Assembly (NCBI RefSeq): GCF_009834535.1
Contig: NC_045696.1
Coordinates: forward strand, 97,714,001 to 97,778,000
From: Camelus ferus
Taxonomy: Eukaryota
Length of the DNA stretch: 64,000 bases
Direction: 5' to 3'
A program made the translations under genes and the position numbers. Of this stretch, positions 12,063 through 24,916 are shown piece after piece (within the stretch, counting starts at the first letter, position 1; each line of letters opens with the position of its first letter). The notes below the pieces were generated by a model. It was not told where the DNA came from. It did not search any database and saw nothing but the letters and a program-made list of their open reading frames with translations.

Positions 12063-15015
12063 TAGAGTAGTATACAATTTATCATACAGACTGGGACACT
12101 TATTAAAATAAAAGAGATTATTTAAAATAATTAAAACTATGTAGCTTAAAAATATTTTTGAATGATACCTTCTTGAATTTATAAGGTGGTTCTATTCAAA
12201 AACTATTTTAAAAAATAAAATTGCTTTCAAAAATAAAAATAATGTATTAAATAAAAATGTATTAAAGTAAAATTTAAAAACTTTGTAGTGATTATTTGAA
12301 CATAGAAAATAACATGAGAAGAAAAATTATTCTCAGTACATACTTTTTTTTAGTAACGTATTTTAAAGGTTTCCTAGATATAATCTATCTCTAGTAATAC
12401 ATTATAGACTTTTTTTCTGAAGGCTATATTCTTTGTCAGTAGGGTCCTTTTATTTTCAAATTTTCATAAAATTACCTGAAGCCTTCACACTTGCATTTTA
12501 TAGTTAATTAATTTGAATTGTTAGCATTTTTTTCTGTACAGTTATATTCTAAGTTAAACAATTAAAATTTTTAATGTCTGCATAGTACCTGATAAGCTCA
12601 GAGCAAAGTGAAAAAAAGTTTCAATTCTAATTTTGTTTTTTTGCATTAAAATGTATAAATAAATCCACATATTTTCATAGATACTCTTTTTTTTTACCTC
12701 TTTGACTATCAATTTTGCATCTTTGCTTGACAAATACTTTTCAAAAGGAAAAAATCATAAAAAATTCTCTATATTATGATTCTTTTGAGTGTTTCAACAA
12801 ATATACATGCTGTAAAAACATAGGCTTTTCAAATTCATTCTATTATGGCATAGAATACAAATTTAGGCAGTTAAAACATTTACCAAACATTTCTTCAAGT
12901 AAGTCAAAATAGTTGAAAGCACAACTTCTTGTTACAAAATTATAGAATTTTAAAATTAAATCTTGTAAACCATTTAAACTGTCCTTGTTTATTTTGTTCA
13001 GTTCCTCCTTTTCTTTTATATGGCTTAATTCCAATATCTAACTGGTTGCAAGCTTTATTTTCAATACTTGAAATCTGCTAAAAAGTAAAAGCTGACATTT
13101 TGGGGAACTCTACTCATTGAATACTTTAAAGATTTCCAACATTTTCCAAAATGCAATAAAAATTTAAAGGACATATTTACAAAAATGTTCAATGTCATTA
13201 TAGGAGCTAGAAATTTGTTCTTGAAAGACTCAAATGTTTCTAAATTCTAATTAATGCTGGACAGCAAAAAGTGAATTTATATCCTGCCATACCCAACTAT
13301 TTTCTTACTTCAACAGTCAGTGTCACCATGAAAATTATGTAGTTCAGTTATTTTATCGGTATATTTGTAAATATATTTCTAAATTTTGACAACACAGCGT
13401 CTATGACAATCGGTAGAGCATCACAGCTTGTTTGAACACAATTATGAATCATGTGATGGCCATCAGTTCCAGTACATTTCTTCTCCATAGCTTTAATTTA
13501 GTAAGAGTATTACTTTCCCCACAGTCTTTTTTTCTTTTTTCCCTTAATGGAGGTCCTGGGGATTGCACCCAGGACCTCGTGCATGCAAAGCATATACCCT
13601 AACACTGAGCTATACCCACCCCCTTTTTTTCCACAATTCTGTCCACCACCAAAGTTTGTAAACATATTATCACTGCAAAAACAAATAATTGAATCCTTAG
13701 TGTTGAACTTTGCAACTAAATTATTGATAACATTCATAACAATGTCAGATGCTTTGCTTTCAACAGAATAAAATTCCAAAGTTTTACTTTGATTGCCTGA
13801 AAAATTTGCTGGACACCTTCAACTATTGTTAGAGTTGACTGGATTTTCATGACTTCAAATGACATAGATATAAAATTGGCTTCATTTAATAGTTTGGCAA
13901 GATCCTATGTTAATGGAGTCAAAATATTATCAGCTATCACTTTGTAAGTGTATGTACATGAGGAAGCATGGAATTAAAAAAGAACAAAGTTAAAATAGAA
14001 AAAGGTCATTTGAGCTACATCAAAAGACAGGCTTCAAAAGCGGTTGTGCAAATATACCTTCTGAAGTTGCACCGGCTCAACTCTTGTATTCAATCCCAGC
14101 CTTCTTAAACGAACTATTAACTTTTGAAGTAGATTCTGATGACTTTTCCATCTCCTCATTTTCAAGTGGCTAGCCACTTTACTGTTGGTCCCATGGTGGA
14201 TAGTAAATGTACGCATTTTGTTCAAGTTTCGCTTTCACGATTAACTTTTTAAAAAATGGAAATTCTGTCCTTAAGGATTCATTAAACTCATACTTTCATT
14301 TCCTGAGGTCAATGCTCTTGAAAGGGTTTATTGAAAAAATAAAAAGCATTGTCAAACAATGAAATAAATATTCATGGGCTTACCTCATTCAACACACAGC
14401 AAAGCCACCACAGCATTCAGTCTACACAGTGAGGTCCACGGCAGGAACTTTCGTGTTCTATTTCCTGTACATATTATGTATACCTAACCCATGACTCTAC
14501 ATGTTTTCCATTGAACTGGTGCTTGGTGACTGTGCATTTCAGAGCATGTCACAAACTGCTACACCAAGTGGCCGGCAGGTTCAGCCCCGTGGAATATTTC
14601 TCTCACCATGACCTGAGACCAGAAGTAGTTGTTTGCTCCTAGCAGCCCATGACTGAGTGCACCTCGCTTATCAGCGAGGGCCCTTGGGGAAGGCAAGGAA
14701 GCATTAGCTACGTGGCTTCTGGAGAGAGCGGGGAGAAGAAAAGTGGGGTATTGCTGGCTCCTTTCGGATTTCCATGTGTTAAAATGAAAACCACATCACA
14801 CAGGCATCTCACACGCTATTCAATGAGACCTTGGCAGAAGCCGAAAGCGTAAAGTGGCTGTACCCAGCGTATCCTGGCTTGTTTTGACACAACTATGAAT
14901 AAAAGCACTTCATGAAAAAAATGAAGCTTCTGGGACAGTGCTGCACTGAAAGATGTTGAGAATATAGGTGTCAACTGGGACTCCTCTGAGCAAACTGAGA
15001 TATATTCTGGCCCTG
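12063..15015 (-). mobile_element. Near full-length hAT DNA transposon fossil (Blackjack/MER94-MER81 family-like)
   Basis: Left end TAGAGTAGTATACAATTTATCATACAGACTGGGACACT and right end AACTGGGACTCCTCTGAGCAAACTGAGATATATTCTGGCCCTG resemble the termini of this family as I recall them. Minus-strand peptides in order: TFTIHHGTNSKVASHLK (~14200), FCSDNMFTNFGG (~13660), GHHMIHNCVQTSCDALPI (~13430), FALSLSGT (~12595). Many stops and frameshifts. Confidence 0.75.
13526..13627 (-). mobile_element. tRNA-derived SINE (vic-1-like) nested in the hAT transposase
   Basis: AATGGAGGTCCTGGGGATTGCACCCAGGACC...ACTGAGCTATACCC with a poly(T) tail to the left. Confidence 0.9.
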
Positions 15016-15109
15016 ACCAATTTTTTCTCGTTGGATTTGGCTACATGACCCTGGATGCTTCCTGAGTTGTCATTAAATAAAGTCTCTCATGTCTTTACTC
15101 TTAAAGTAA

Positions 15110-15334
15110 AATGAGTTTGAGATTTGCAGATACTAACTACTATGTATAAAGTAGATGAACAACAAAGGCCTACTGTATAGTGCAGAGAACTATATTCAGT
15201 ACCTTGTAATAGCCTACAATGAAAAAGAATATGAAAAGGAAGATATCTATATAAATATTTGAATACCTGAATCACTATGCTGTACACCAGAAATTGACAC
15301 AATATTCTAAATCGACTGTACGTCAAAAAAAAAA
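15110..15334 (+). mobile_element. LINE-1 3'-end fragment
   Basis: GAGTTTGAGATTTGCAGATACTAACTAC...CTGTACACCAGAAATTGACACAA...poly(A). Confidence 0.85.
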
Positions 15335-15439
15335 TCACTTACTTTAGAGTTTATTTAACTTCTGGAATAGGACCTTTAATAAAGCTTTATCACAAACAAT
15401 GTGATAAACCTCTCACTGTGAAAAACATTCCTGGTTCCT

Positions 15440-15930
15440 ATCTGGTCCACAAGGCCTTGTATATAGGGCCCCTCCCCCCATCCCTTCAGGCTCATCTTGT
15501 TCACTCCTCCTACATCACCACGCCCTGCCATGCTTGTCTTTGTTCAGATATGCCAAGTCTCATCTGGCCTCAGAGTCCTTGGAAGCTGCTCCCTCTGCTT
15601 GGTGTGCCCTTCCTCCCACACTCCCAAGCTTGGCTCCATCTCTTCCTGGGGATGATCTCAGCTTAAACTTCACTTCCTTAGAGAGTTCCTCCCTGGAAGT
15701 TCACCTAGAGGAGGTCTCTCTTGGTTTTTCTCAATCCCCACCCATGTTTGTTTCCTTCGTAGAACTTACTGTTTTTTGTTGCAATTAATTTATTTGTAGG
15801 CTTATTTATTTTACTGACAGTCAGTACCTTGAGAAAGTAAGACCCATGCCCTTTTCATCTTCATATCCTCAGAGCTGAAAAGGGTGGTTGCTGCCAAGAA
15901 CTGAATAAATGTTTGTTGAATAAATGAATA
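15440..15930 (+). mobile_element. L2 LINE 3' fragment
   Basis: Pyrimidine-rich body ending AATAAATGTTTGTTGAATAAATGAATAA, the L2 3' terminus. Confidence 0.65.
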
Positions 15931-16690
15931 ACATATGTTGATACTGTGTTTAAGGTGCAATATACATATACAAAGATTTATAAACAGCTGGGTCAAATTT
16001 AGCATATATGAAAATGTTGATTGTAATGTCAAGTTTCAAAAAAATGTTTTATTTTCATAATGATTTCGACTATCCATTTAGCAAGATAGTCCCAAGGGCA
16101 TCATTCTTGTCATTATGGGAGCACTTCTTAGACCCTCTAAATCTGGGAAAAAAAAAAAAAAAAGGCAAGTTCTGAGCTGCTCAGGTCCACTTGCTGAGAT
16201 GATGCTGTAGACACCAACATCCCTCTAAGCTCTTAGGTTTTAGACATGGTAGGGAACTGGGAATTTCAGCCAAGAAGTTCCTTTCAGCTTTTTACCTTTA
16301 TAAATCTGCCTTTGTCTGGAATTGTGATTTTTGAACAGATGGTTGAAATGGCTTGGTTAAGTGCAAGAGTTTGTTTTGTTGTTTTCATAAGCTATAAACC
16401 ACCGATAACTTTATTTGCATTTTTCGACAAACATGCTCCATTTCCCCCTGTATTTCTGCTCTGCAAATGTTCTGGTGTCTGGAAAATTTTACTCTATCAT
16501 ACCTTCTGTTAAATAAAATGAACATCTCCTCATATTTTAACATTTAAAAAGATAATCCCTCCAGTTTGGTTTTCCAGTATGCCAATACTTTTAGTTCCAA
16601 TTAATATCATAATCATGAGCAAATAAGTTGTGGAGGATTTTTAATGCATTGCATTTTTTCAGTTACTTGTTGGTAGTTAAAGGTGCCTTT

Positions 16691-16888
16691 TTTAAACATT
16701 CTTTTATTGAGTTATAGTCATTTTACAGTGTTGTGTCAAATTCCAGTGTAGAGCACAATTTTTCAGCTATATGTGAACATACATACATTCATTGTCACAT
16801 TTTTTTTTCACTGTGAGCCACCACAAGATCTTGTATATTATTTCCCTGTGCTATACAGTATAATCTTGTATATCTATTCTGCATATGA
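16691..16888 (-). mobile_element. Young LINE-1 3'-end insertion (same type as 39550-39746)
   Basis: The reverse complement closely matches the 3' UTR of the L1 at 38-39.7 kb. TSD AAAGGTG(C/T)CTTT at 16679-16690 and 16889-16900. Confidence 0.88.
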
Positions 16889-19800
16889 AAAGGTGTCTTT
16901 ATAATTAAATATTCTGTGTCTGATTTCAGCTAAGGAAGGTACCTCAGGTAGTAAGAAAGCGGAGAGAACTCTGCTAACTGCCCATGAACAAGGGAGAGAA
17001 ACTAGTACCTCAAGTCGCACACAAAAACCAGCCTCACTCCTACAGTCCTTACATTTTCAGCTCTCAACAGTAACTCCACATGGCTAAAGAACTAACATGA
17101 AAGGACTAATGGGATAAATTACAGTCTATCCATGCTGTGGAGTAGAACAAAGCATTAAACATCATGTCATAGAAGAGTATTTAATGACACAAAAAAACTG
17201 ATATGTTAAGTGAAAAAAGCAGCAGATATAAGCATATGTGTAACATATCATTTTTTAAATTAAAAAGGCAGAGAAATATAATGCAAAGGAAAAAGACTGG
17301 ATGGTAATATCAATGCACCAAAGTGTGAACCCTGATCTTCCCTGGGTGGTGGGAGTAGGCGTTACCCTGCCTCCCCTCACCCTTCCTTCCTTCCTCATTA
17401 AGATCAGTGAAGGAAAGAAGGTAGGATAGGGAACAATTAATATCAGCAGACAGTTCATTTTCTTCATTTAGAAATGTACATTAATGTGGTCTAAAAAATT
17501 GAAAAAGCACCAGCTGAGAGCGAGAATAAAAATATAACCCACCTCATATCTCCCTGCCTTTCAGCTTCCTTCCTAGAGGCAACCTCTGTTAATACCTTTT
17601 TGTAGTTAAATACACAATGTACATGAACAAATATGCATGTGTTTTTGTGGGTGTATGTATCTCCTCTTTTTCACACAAATGTTAGCATAACACATCATTT
17701 TGCAGCCTTATTAACAGCACACCAGGAAGATTTTTCCATGTATATCACTACAGGGATATACTATCTTCATTACTCTTTACAGTTGCTTAGTGTTCCATTG
17801 TCTGAATGTGCTTGATTTATATAATTCTTCCCATAGCAATGAGTATTTAGATTGAGTCCAATATTTGCCACTACTAACATTTCTGTAAATGGGCATACTT
17901 CAACACACATCGATGTGCACATGTGAGTATATTTGTGGGTTAAATTCCTAGAATGGAGTCAAAGGGCATGCATACTTTAACTCTGGTATTTTTTTCCCTA
18001 AGGAACGTCCTAGGTTATACACCTACCAAAATATACATGAGGGTCTCTTTCCCCACAAGCTCACCCATGCTTTGTAACATTTGTCAATCTGTAGGTTAAA
18101 AAAAAAAGTGGTCCTGAGGTTTTAGTGAATTTTTTCTTTCTATAAACTAATCATAACATTCTAGCCATAATATTTTAGAAGCTATCTAGATTATTGGTTT
18201 CAAGTTTTCACAGTAAGGAAAGGTATTACCAGGATGAGGTTCTGTTGGGCCTGGGTAAATGAATAACTAGTGTGTGGATGACAGCTAGGTGGGGGGTGGG
18301 GGGCAGACACAAAGCATGAGTACCGCTCCATCCCTTCATGTCAATAATCCACTATGTTTTATTTTGTTCCTGAGCATGCATGGACCCTCAGAATCCTTCT
18401 TGACACAGCTCTAGGGTGTGCTATCACTCAATCCAAATTGACATATTAGCTTATGTGATTTGCCCTACTTCTTTGCGATAGCTTATAACTAAATAAAACA
18501 AAGGGACAAAACCTCGAGCCTCCCACTCGACTAGCAATTTATAAAAGAGAATTCCTTTGCTGTGAATCTCTGTAGGATTCACCCTGTGTCACGCAGCCCC
18601 TTTGACTGACTATTTTTTTCTTTTTTTCACAGGATTCCTAGAGACGGTGCGAGCCCTGAGAATGCACAGTGGTGGCTGGCTTGCTAGTGCAGCTTCTACC
18701 GACTGCTTCCTTTTCTGGCTTAGCTCCCCTCTCCTTTGAATATTCCCTTCACCTTCCAAATCAACGACGTACATTCAAATCCCTGTTTCAGGTGTCATCT
18801 GGGAACCCAAACCAAGACACAAACTATCTCATTTAATTTTCATGATCCTCTGTGAGGTTGGTGTTAAAATTCCATTTTACAGGCAAGGAAACCAAGTAAC
18901 TGAGTCAAGATAGGGAATGGCAGTGAAGATTCTGACTTAGGTAAATACTTCGGGTATTTTTGTGTTTTATTTTGTTTTTCATCCCTCGCTGTAGTTACTG
19001 CTCAGGGTCATAACGGCATCTAACCTGACAGGGTACAAACCCGGGGGCAGGGCCGGGCTGGAAGGGCCCGATGGCAGGTGCTGCAGGAGCAAACACGTGA
19101 AGCACACAGAGATGTCACCCTTTCCACGGTCTCGGGCTCCTGCTTTCACATCCCCTCCTGTTTTATCTTTTCATCATGACCTTTGCCAATGTCATATCAA
19201 AGCAATTCCTGAAAGATGGGCAACCTTTCAAGATGTGCAACTTTTGTATTAAAAAATTTGTTTTTAAAAATGTGCAACTTTGGGAAACTCCATTCAGGGG
19301 TAGATACAGACCCCTCCCTCCAAGTACACATCTTATCTTCCTCCCAGTAAAGGGCCCACAACTCTCCCTGCTTAAATGGACTGGTTATGGATTTTCAGTT
19401 CCTCTGGGTGCCCTGCCATCTGTCTTCTCCTGTCACATGGGGTTTGACAACTGGGAAACAACACGCATCTGCTGACTATTGGGGACCCAAGAACGATGCA
19501 TGGAGAAGCAGATTTGGCTCCAGTATATTTTCCCTTCTTCCTCCTTACAGATCCAAGGAACTTCTGCTCTGAAAATTTTGCCACAGGTGAGTGTAGGGGT
19601 TTTCTGGGCAGATTCTCATGGGGATGTCTCTCACCAGGGCCTCTCATACCCTCCTCTCTGAAGCCCACCTCACACCCACATTACACATAACAGAGTAACT
19701 TTTTCAGACACAGTCAATAGATATTAAAAATAGTACAAAATGCATTAGAGGAAATAACTGTAAAAAAAAAAAAAGTGCCTGAGACCCTGGGAAATTCTGT

Positions 19801-21430
19801 ACAATTTCTTAAGTGTTAAATGATTCAAATAATTTGGAATGATAAACTAATTTGGGAATAGTCCCACCATCATAATTACATGGATTTTAATAATCTGAAC
19901 ATACATGTGTTTCTATACATTTAGGCCTTTGTTATCCAGTATTATTTTAGTGTGTCTCAAAAAATCATAACCATACAAACACATATATATATATATGTAT
20001 ATACACTCCTATATACTTAATCTTAGAAAAAGTACTTCTGAGATCAAAGAATTACAGACATAACTATATAAAACGATTTGGAGATGGTCATTGTTGTGGG
20101 TAGCCTGAGAAAAAAGGATTAGCTGATAGGCAGTACTCAGGTGTAGGACATGGTATTATATGCTACAGACCACGGATAGAACTTCAACAAATTCTTAAAT
20201 TTTTAACTTTTACAGAAAAGCCAAAGGAAAAGGATAGGTCGAACCATTATTACATGGAAAAAATGCCCAGGGGGAAAGCCAGCTGATCGATCACTCAGAG
20301 TCTCCCAGAATACGTATATTCAGCAGTGGGATACCAGGACGAGCCCACTGACAAACGTAAGTGATCCCTGACAGTGCGTTCAAATTTCCAAAAGCTCTGT
20401 TAGTTATTTTCTTGGTGGTCAGGGGAAATCAGAGTCTGATGGAACTGGCTTGCCCTAACCAAACTTACAAAAGCTTGATTGAAAACCAGGTTGCCAATTA
20501 AGTAATTTGAAGTGGAAAAAAAATAGAGATATTAAGGGGTCTAGAATATTTATGTTCAGGTCAGTCAGTATTTTCTCTCACTTGTGACAAAGTCTGCCAG
20601 GGAAGGTGAAATTAGTCTGGAAAGGTGCTGAGGGAAAACAGGTCAGAATAAGGGAAGCTGGATCATCTTAATGAGAAGTGTTATTGTAAAGAATCGACTG
20701 AAGCTGAAATGATTTGGATAAAATGTCTTTTTTTTCAGAGCCTCAGACTGTACATTCTCAGCAGAATATTAAAACTTCTCTTTCTAATACATTCTGATGA
20801 TATTAGTCAAGTCCGCACTGAAAAACTTACCTCTACATTAGATTTTAAAGGTCGTCTGGCACTGATTCATTTGCTCAAGCCAACTATTTTGGTCTGAATT
20901 TTGGTGTGGCTTGACTCTTATTTCTTTTGTAGCAAAGTCCTACCAGTATAATTAAGAGAGATTTCCCTCATAATATTTTTCTATCAGTTCCCACTTCTTT
21001 CTTTAAACACTGTTATCTGTTTTCCCTGCCAGTGACCTGTAAGTCATTACCTGTAAGTCGCTTGGATCATTGTGCCACAGACTGGAAGCTTTGGAAATGC
21101 TGAAATACTGCACTTTAATGCAGTTGCAGTGTGTTAGTTCCATTTTGCTGGCACTTATCGCTTTAACACTTTACTAGCAAGCAAGCTGGGAATTGAAGAT
21201 AGGATTTCTGCCACGTGGCTACCCCACCAGTTTTCTTGACTATAGGAATTAAATTAGAGAGGGCTACCGAACAAGCTGTATTTCCCACATTTTCTATGGA
21301 CAGAATTTAAGAGTTCAGTGTCATGGTTGAATCTGTTAGCAGTATCAGATTCATCGAGAACCAGACAGCATGTTCTTTCTTTCAATCTTCATGTCTTTAG
21401 CATCTATCATGGTGTCTGGTGGAGAAGAGG

Positions 21431-21800
21431 TGTCAAGGGGACAATTCTCCACAGATTTCTCACATTTCTCCACATCTTTCGAGTAGAGGCATTGACTGCC
21501 TTTGTTCAGGAGTATTTTTCCAGGATGTTGTATAACAAACTGTCTTAGAAGAGTGAGGCAATGTCTCCCGCAACAGCAATAAGCAGGCGTGTCTACTGTT
21601 CAGTATAAAAGACCTGGCTTCCCTAAGCTCAGAGTTCACTCAAACGCTGACGCTGGCTACTGCTATGGCTGTAGGTAATAAAGCCCTTTGTGTCTGACCC
21701 AAGAGTCTCACGACGTCTGCCAGCGTCTATGAAACTGTGGAAAGCTAACGTGTTAACTTGAAAGTAAGGCAAAATCTCACACCCTTCACAGTTCTCAAGA
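21431..21800 (+). mobile_element. Solo ERV LTR (ERVL class, possibly MER76-like)
   Basis: Starts TGTCA. TATAAAA at 21604-21610 and AATAAA at 21677-21682, then GTGTCTGACCCAAGAGTCTC. Family name is from recall only. Confidence 0.7.
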
Positions 21801-24349
21801 GTAAGTGCTAGAAAAAAAAACCAAAACAATTTTGAATGAATGAATTTTTAAAAACATTTAGGGGCTTAACATTCTTTTGAATAATCAACAGTTACCCAGA
21901 GAAAGAGCCCAAGAACGTCTCTTGGCAAGGAACTATTTCACAATCTATTTTCAAAGTACCAGTGTGTGTTAGTCAGCCTGTGTTTATTTTAGATATCAGT
22001 GTTGACTCAAAAATGCTGGCAGCAGTCTGTTTGGACTGAGCTAAACACTGAGTTGTACGCTGGGAACCAAGTATTTATTTAAGCATTACCTAGTCATATA
22101 GGAACTACAGACCTTCGATAGTCTTCACTTGCTTCTGCATCACTGACCCTAATGGATGAAGCCATAGTTTTGGTACACAGAGCTGAAATTTCATCCTCTC
22201 TTTCTAGAAATAACAATGAATTATCTTTAGAATGACGCTTTCACTTGGAACGCAAGATACTGACTTAAACGTTTATTTTTCTGTTTGCTTCAGAGGTGGG
22301 TTTGTTTTTCTCTCTGTTTTAGAATGCCTGACAAGCTAAGCCTGGAAACCCTTTACTGGGAGGAAACCACCTAGTCTTTCTGCATGGCAGATGGCCAAGC
22401 TGCCACCTGTTCCTCTCCTGTTAATCATGATTCTGAGAGCCTAGGTAGAGCCCTGGTGCCAGGCAGCTGGGGATCCAGGGAGAAAAAATGCTTTCCAAAG
22501 ATAGACAAGTGATTTAAGGTCAATCATCATTCATAATTACCTTAGAAACTGTACAGCATGTCAGGAGGGAAAAAGTGCCAGGATCCGGGAGACATAGGTT
22601 TGCTTCTAGACTTGCCATTTTTTCTGTGATGCTGGTGAGTCATTTGAGCTTTCTGAGTCTTAGTTTTCTAAGTTGAAAAATGGTGACAACAACACTTGCC
22701 CAGCCCATGCATGACACTGTTTTGAGCATCAAATGAAATAGTACAGATCTGATTAATAAATGTAACAATCATCTAGCACTTTTCTCAGTGTTTTGGTTTT
22801 GAATTTGGAAGGGCTCTGAAAACCATAAAGGTCTACATAAATGGAGGTATTATTAATAAGGAGTATATCTACCACATTCCTTTTGAGGTTTTGCTTTACT
22901 TTTTTGGCAATGAACAACACGTCACTCTCAGGAATCAAGCAAATACAGCTGTGAATACTATGCACACGTGGTTGAAATATTTAGATCATGGCAAACTGAC
23001 TTGTTTTTCTGGGCACTTTTTATGTGATAAGCTGGACCAAAGCAATCAAAACCAAAACAGAATCAAATCAGCTTTTGATAAATATACAGAAGCTATGATT
23101 TCTTTCTGACTCCTTAGATGTTCTTAAAAGAAATAAAACCTGGTCAGTTACCCTGGACCAAATTTGCCCCAGTAAGACCCTGAACAGGGTAAAGGACACT
23201 GTCTGACAGCTTGTCGACTTCCGTAATGAATCATCTTCCTGGGTGGTACAGAAAGACTTTTCTTGGTTCTTACAGAAGAGGAACCTATTACACAGGGAGC
23301 CGGTCTTTGTGGTAGCAAGTCACTATTGCTACAGAAGTTGTATGTTTGGACACCAAATGGGAGAAAAAGAGACAACACAATATTCATATTTTAGTTTTTA
23401 ATGTATAGTGTAACAATATAATATGAAGATCAGTTTTCATGGAAATATGGAATAAAATTCATACATATATATTCATAGAGATATTTATAAAAATGGCAGA
23501 AAAAATAAATATTTTTTATAACTTAAATAGCGTGCAGAAACTAATACATTTCATTTTGACTTCAGCCATCAATCCTAAATGTGATATATTTGTCCTAACA
23601 TAAAAGTTTAATGATACTGAGGAGAACAGAGATGAAACAACATCCAGAAGAGGATTTTTAAAAACTATTTCACATTTCATTTTTAGGATCATCTGTAAAT
23701 GGGTTATTGCCATTTTACAGTGTTGCCTTAATAAACTGTAATCTCCAGTTTCATGTTCTTATGAGATAATCCTTTTAATAATGAATCCATGACTTGACTA
23801 TAAGATAAAGCGGTAAATTATTTACGTGAAGATACATTATCTCGAATGGTGATTCACTTGTAACTTGCTGTTGAAAGATATCTTTGTAGTACTGAGGCTG
23901 CCATATGTGTTTCGTTAAGATATTATGACTCCCTAAAACATTTGGTAAATAACACAGCACCCCCCTTTGTTAATTTTAATTTTACTTTAAATATATACTG
24001 TATATTTTTGACACAAGGCTCTTGAATTGATCACCTTGTTGATTGCTTTTCTGTGTTACTAGAATAAACAGCTATTCTAGTCTTTTACTATAAAAGACCA
24101 GCAAATATCTGAACAGATACAATTGGAGGATATCCCCATGGGCAGTCAGATCAGTCTAGCTGAAAAAGGTGCAGACAGAACAAAAAAATACCATGTGTTA
24201 TGTGTTTTCTTCCTTAATGTAATGTGTATTCTTATCATCTGTAACATAATAACATCAATATTGGTAAATTTTAGGACAAGTGAGGGTGCATAGCAACCAT
24301 CACTCCTGATGTACGTGATGGAGTCTAAATTTTCACTAATTCCTACCTC

Positions 24350-24916
24350 ATTTTTTAAATTTATTTTTAATATGTTTTTATTGAAGTGCAGTCGGTTTAC
24401 AATGTTGTGTCAATTTCTGGTGTACAGCACAACGCTTCAGTCACATAGGAACATACCTACATTCATTCTCATATTCTTCTTCACCATAAGTTACTACAAG
24501 ATATTGAATATGGTTCCCTGTGCTATACAGTATAAAACTTGTTGTTTATCTATTTTTTATATATTAGCTAGTATCTGTAAATCTCAAACTCCCAATTTAT
24601 CCCTTCCTACCCTCTTCCCCACCTGGTAACCACAAGTTTGTTTTCTATGTAAGTCTGTTTCTGTTTTGTAAATAAGTTTGTCTTTTTCTTTTTTAGATTA
24701 CACATATAAGTGATATTATGTGGTATTTTTGTTTCTCTTTCTGACTTACTCACTTAGAATGACATTTCCCAGGTTCATTCATGTTGCTGCAAATGGCATT
24801 ATTTTATTCTTTTTTTATGACATTATTTTATTCTTTTTTATGGCTGAGTAGTATTCCATTGTATAAATATACCACAGCTTCTTTATCCAGTCATCTGTTG
24901 GTGGACATTTAGGTTG
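24350..24916 (-). mobile_element. LINE-1 3' fragment (ORF2 end plus 3' UTR)
   Basis: ATGGCTGAGTAGTATTCCATTG and CATGTTGCTGCAAATGGCATT are L1 signatures. T-rich tail at the left. Confidence 0.9.

Noticed and set aside
13510..14225. Domesticated transposase gene
   Set aside because: The frame is broken by stops, frameshifts and a SINE, so no intact long ORF remains.
23148..23960. Possible pseudogene fragments in the minus-strand ORFs
   Set aside because: The translations resemble no protein family I recognise, and there is no poly(A) or TSD structure.
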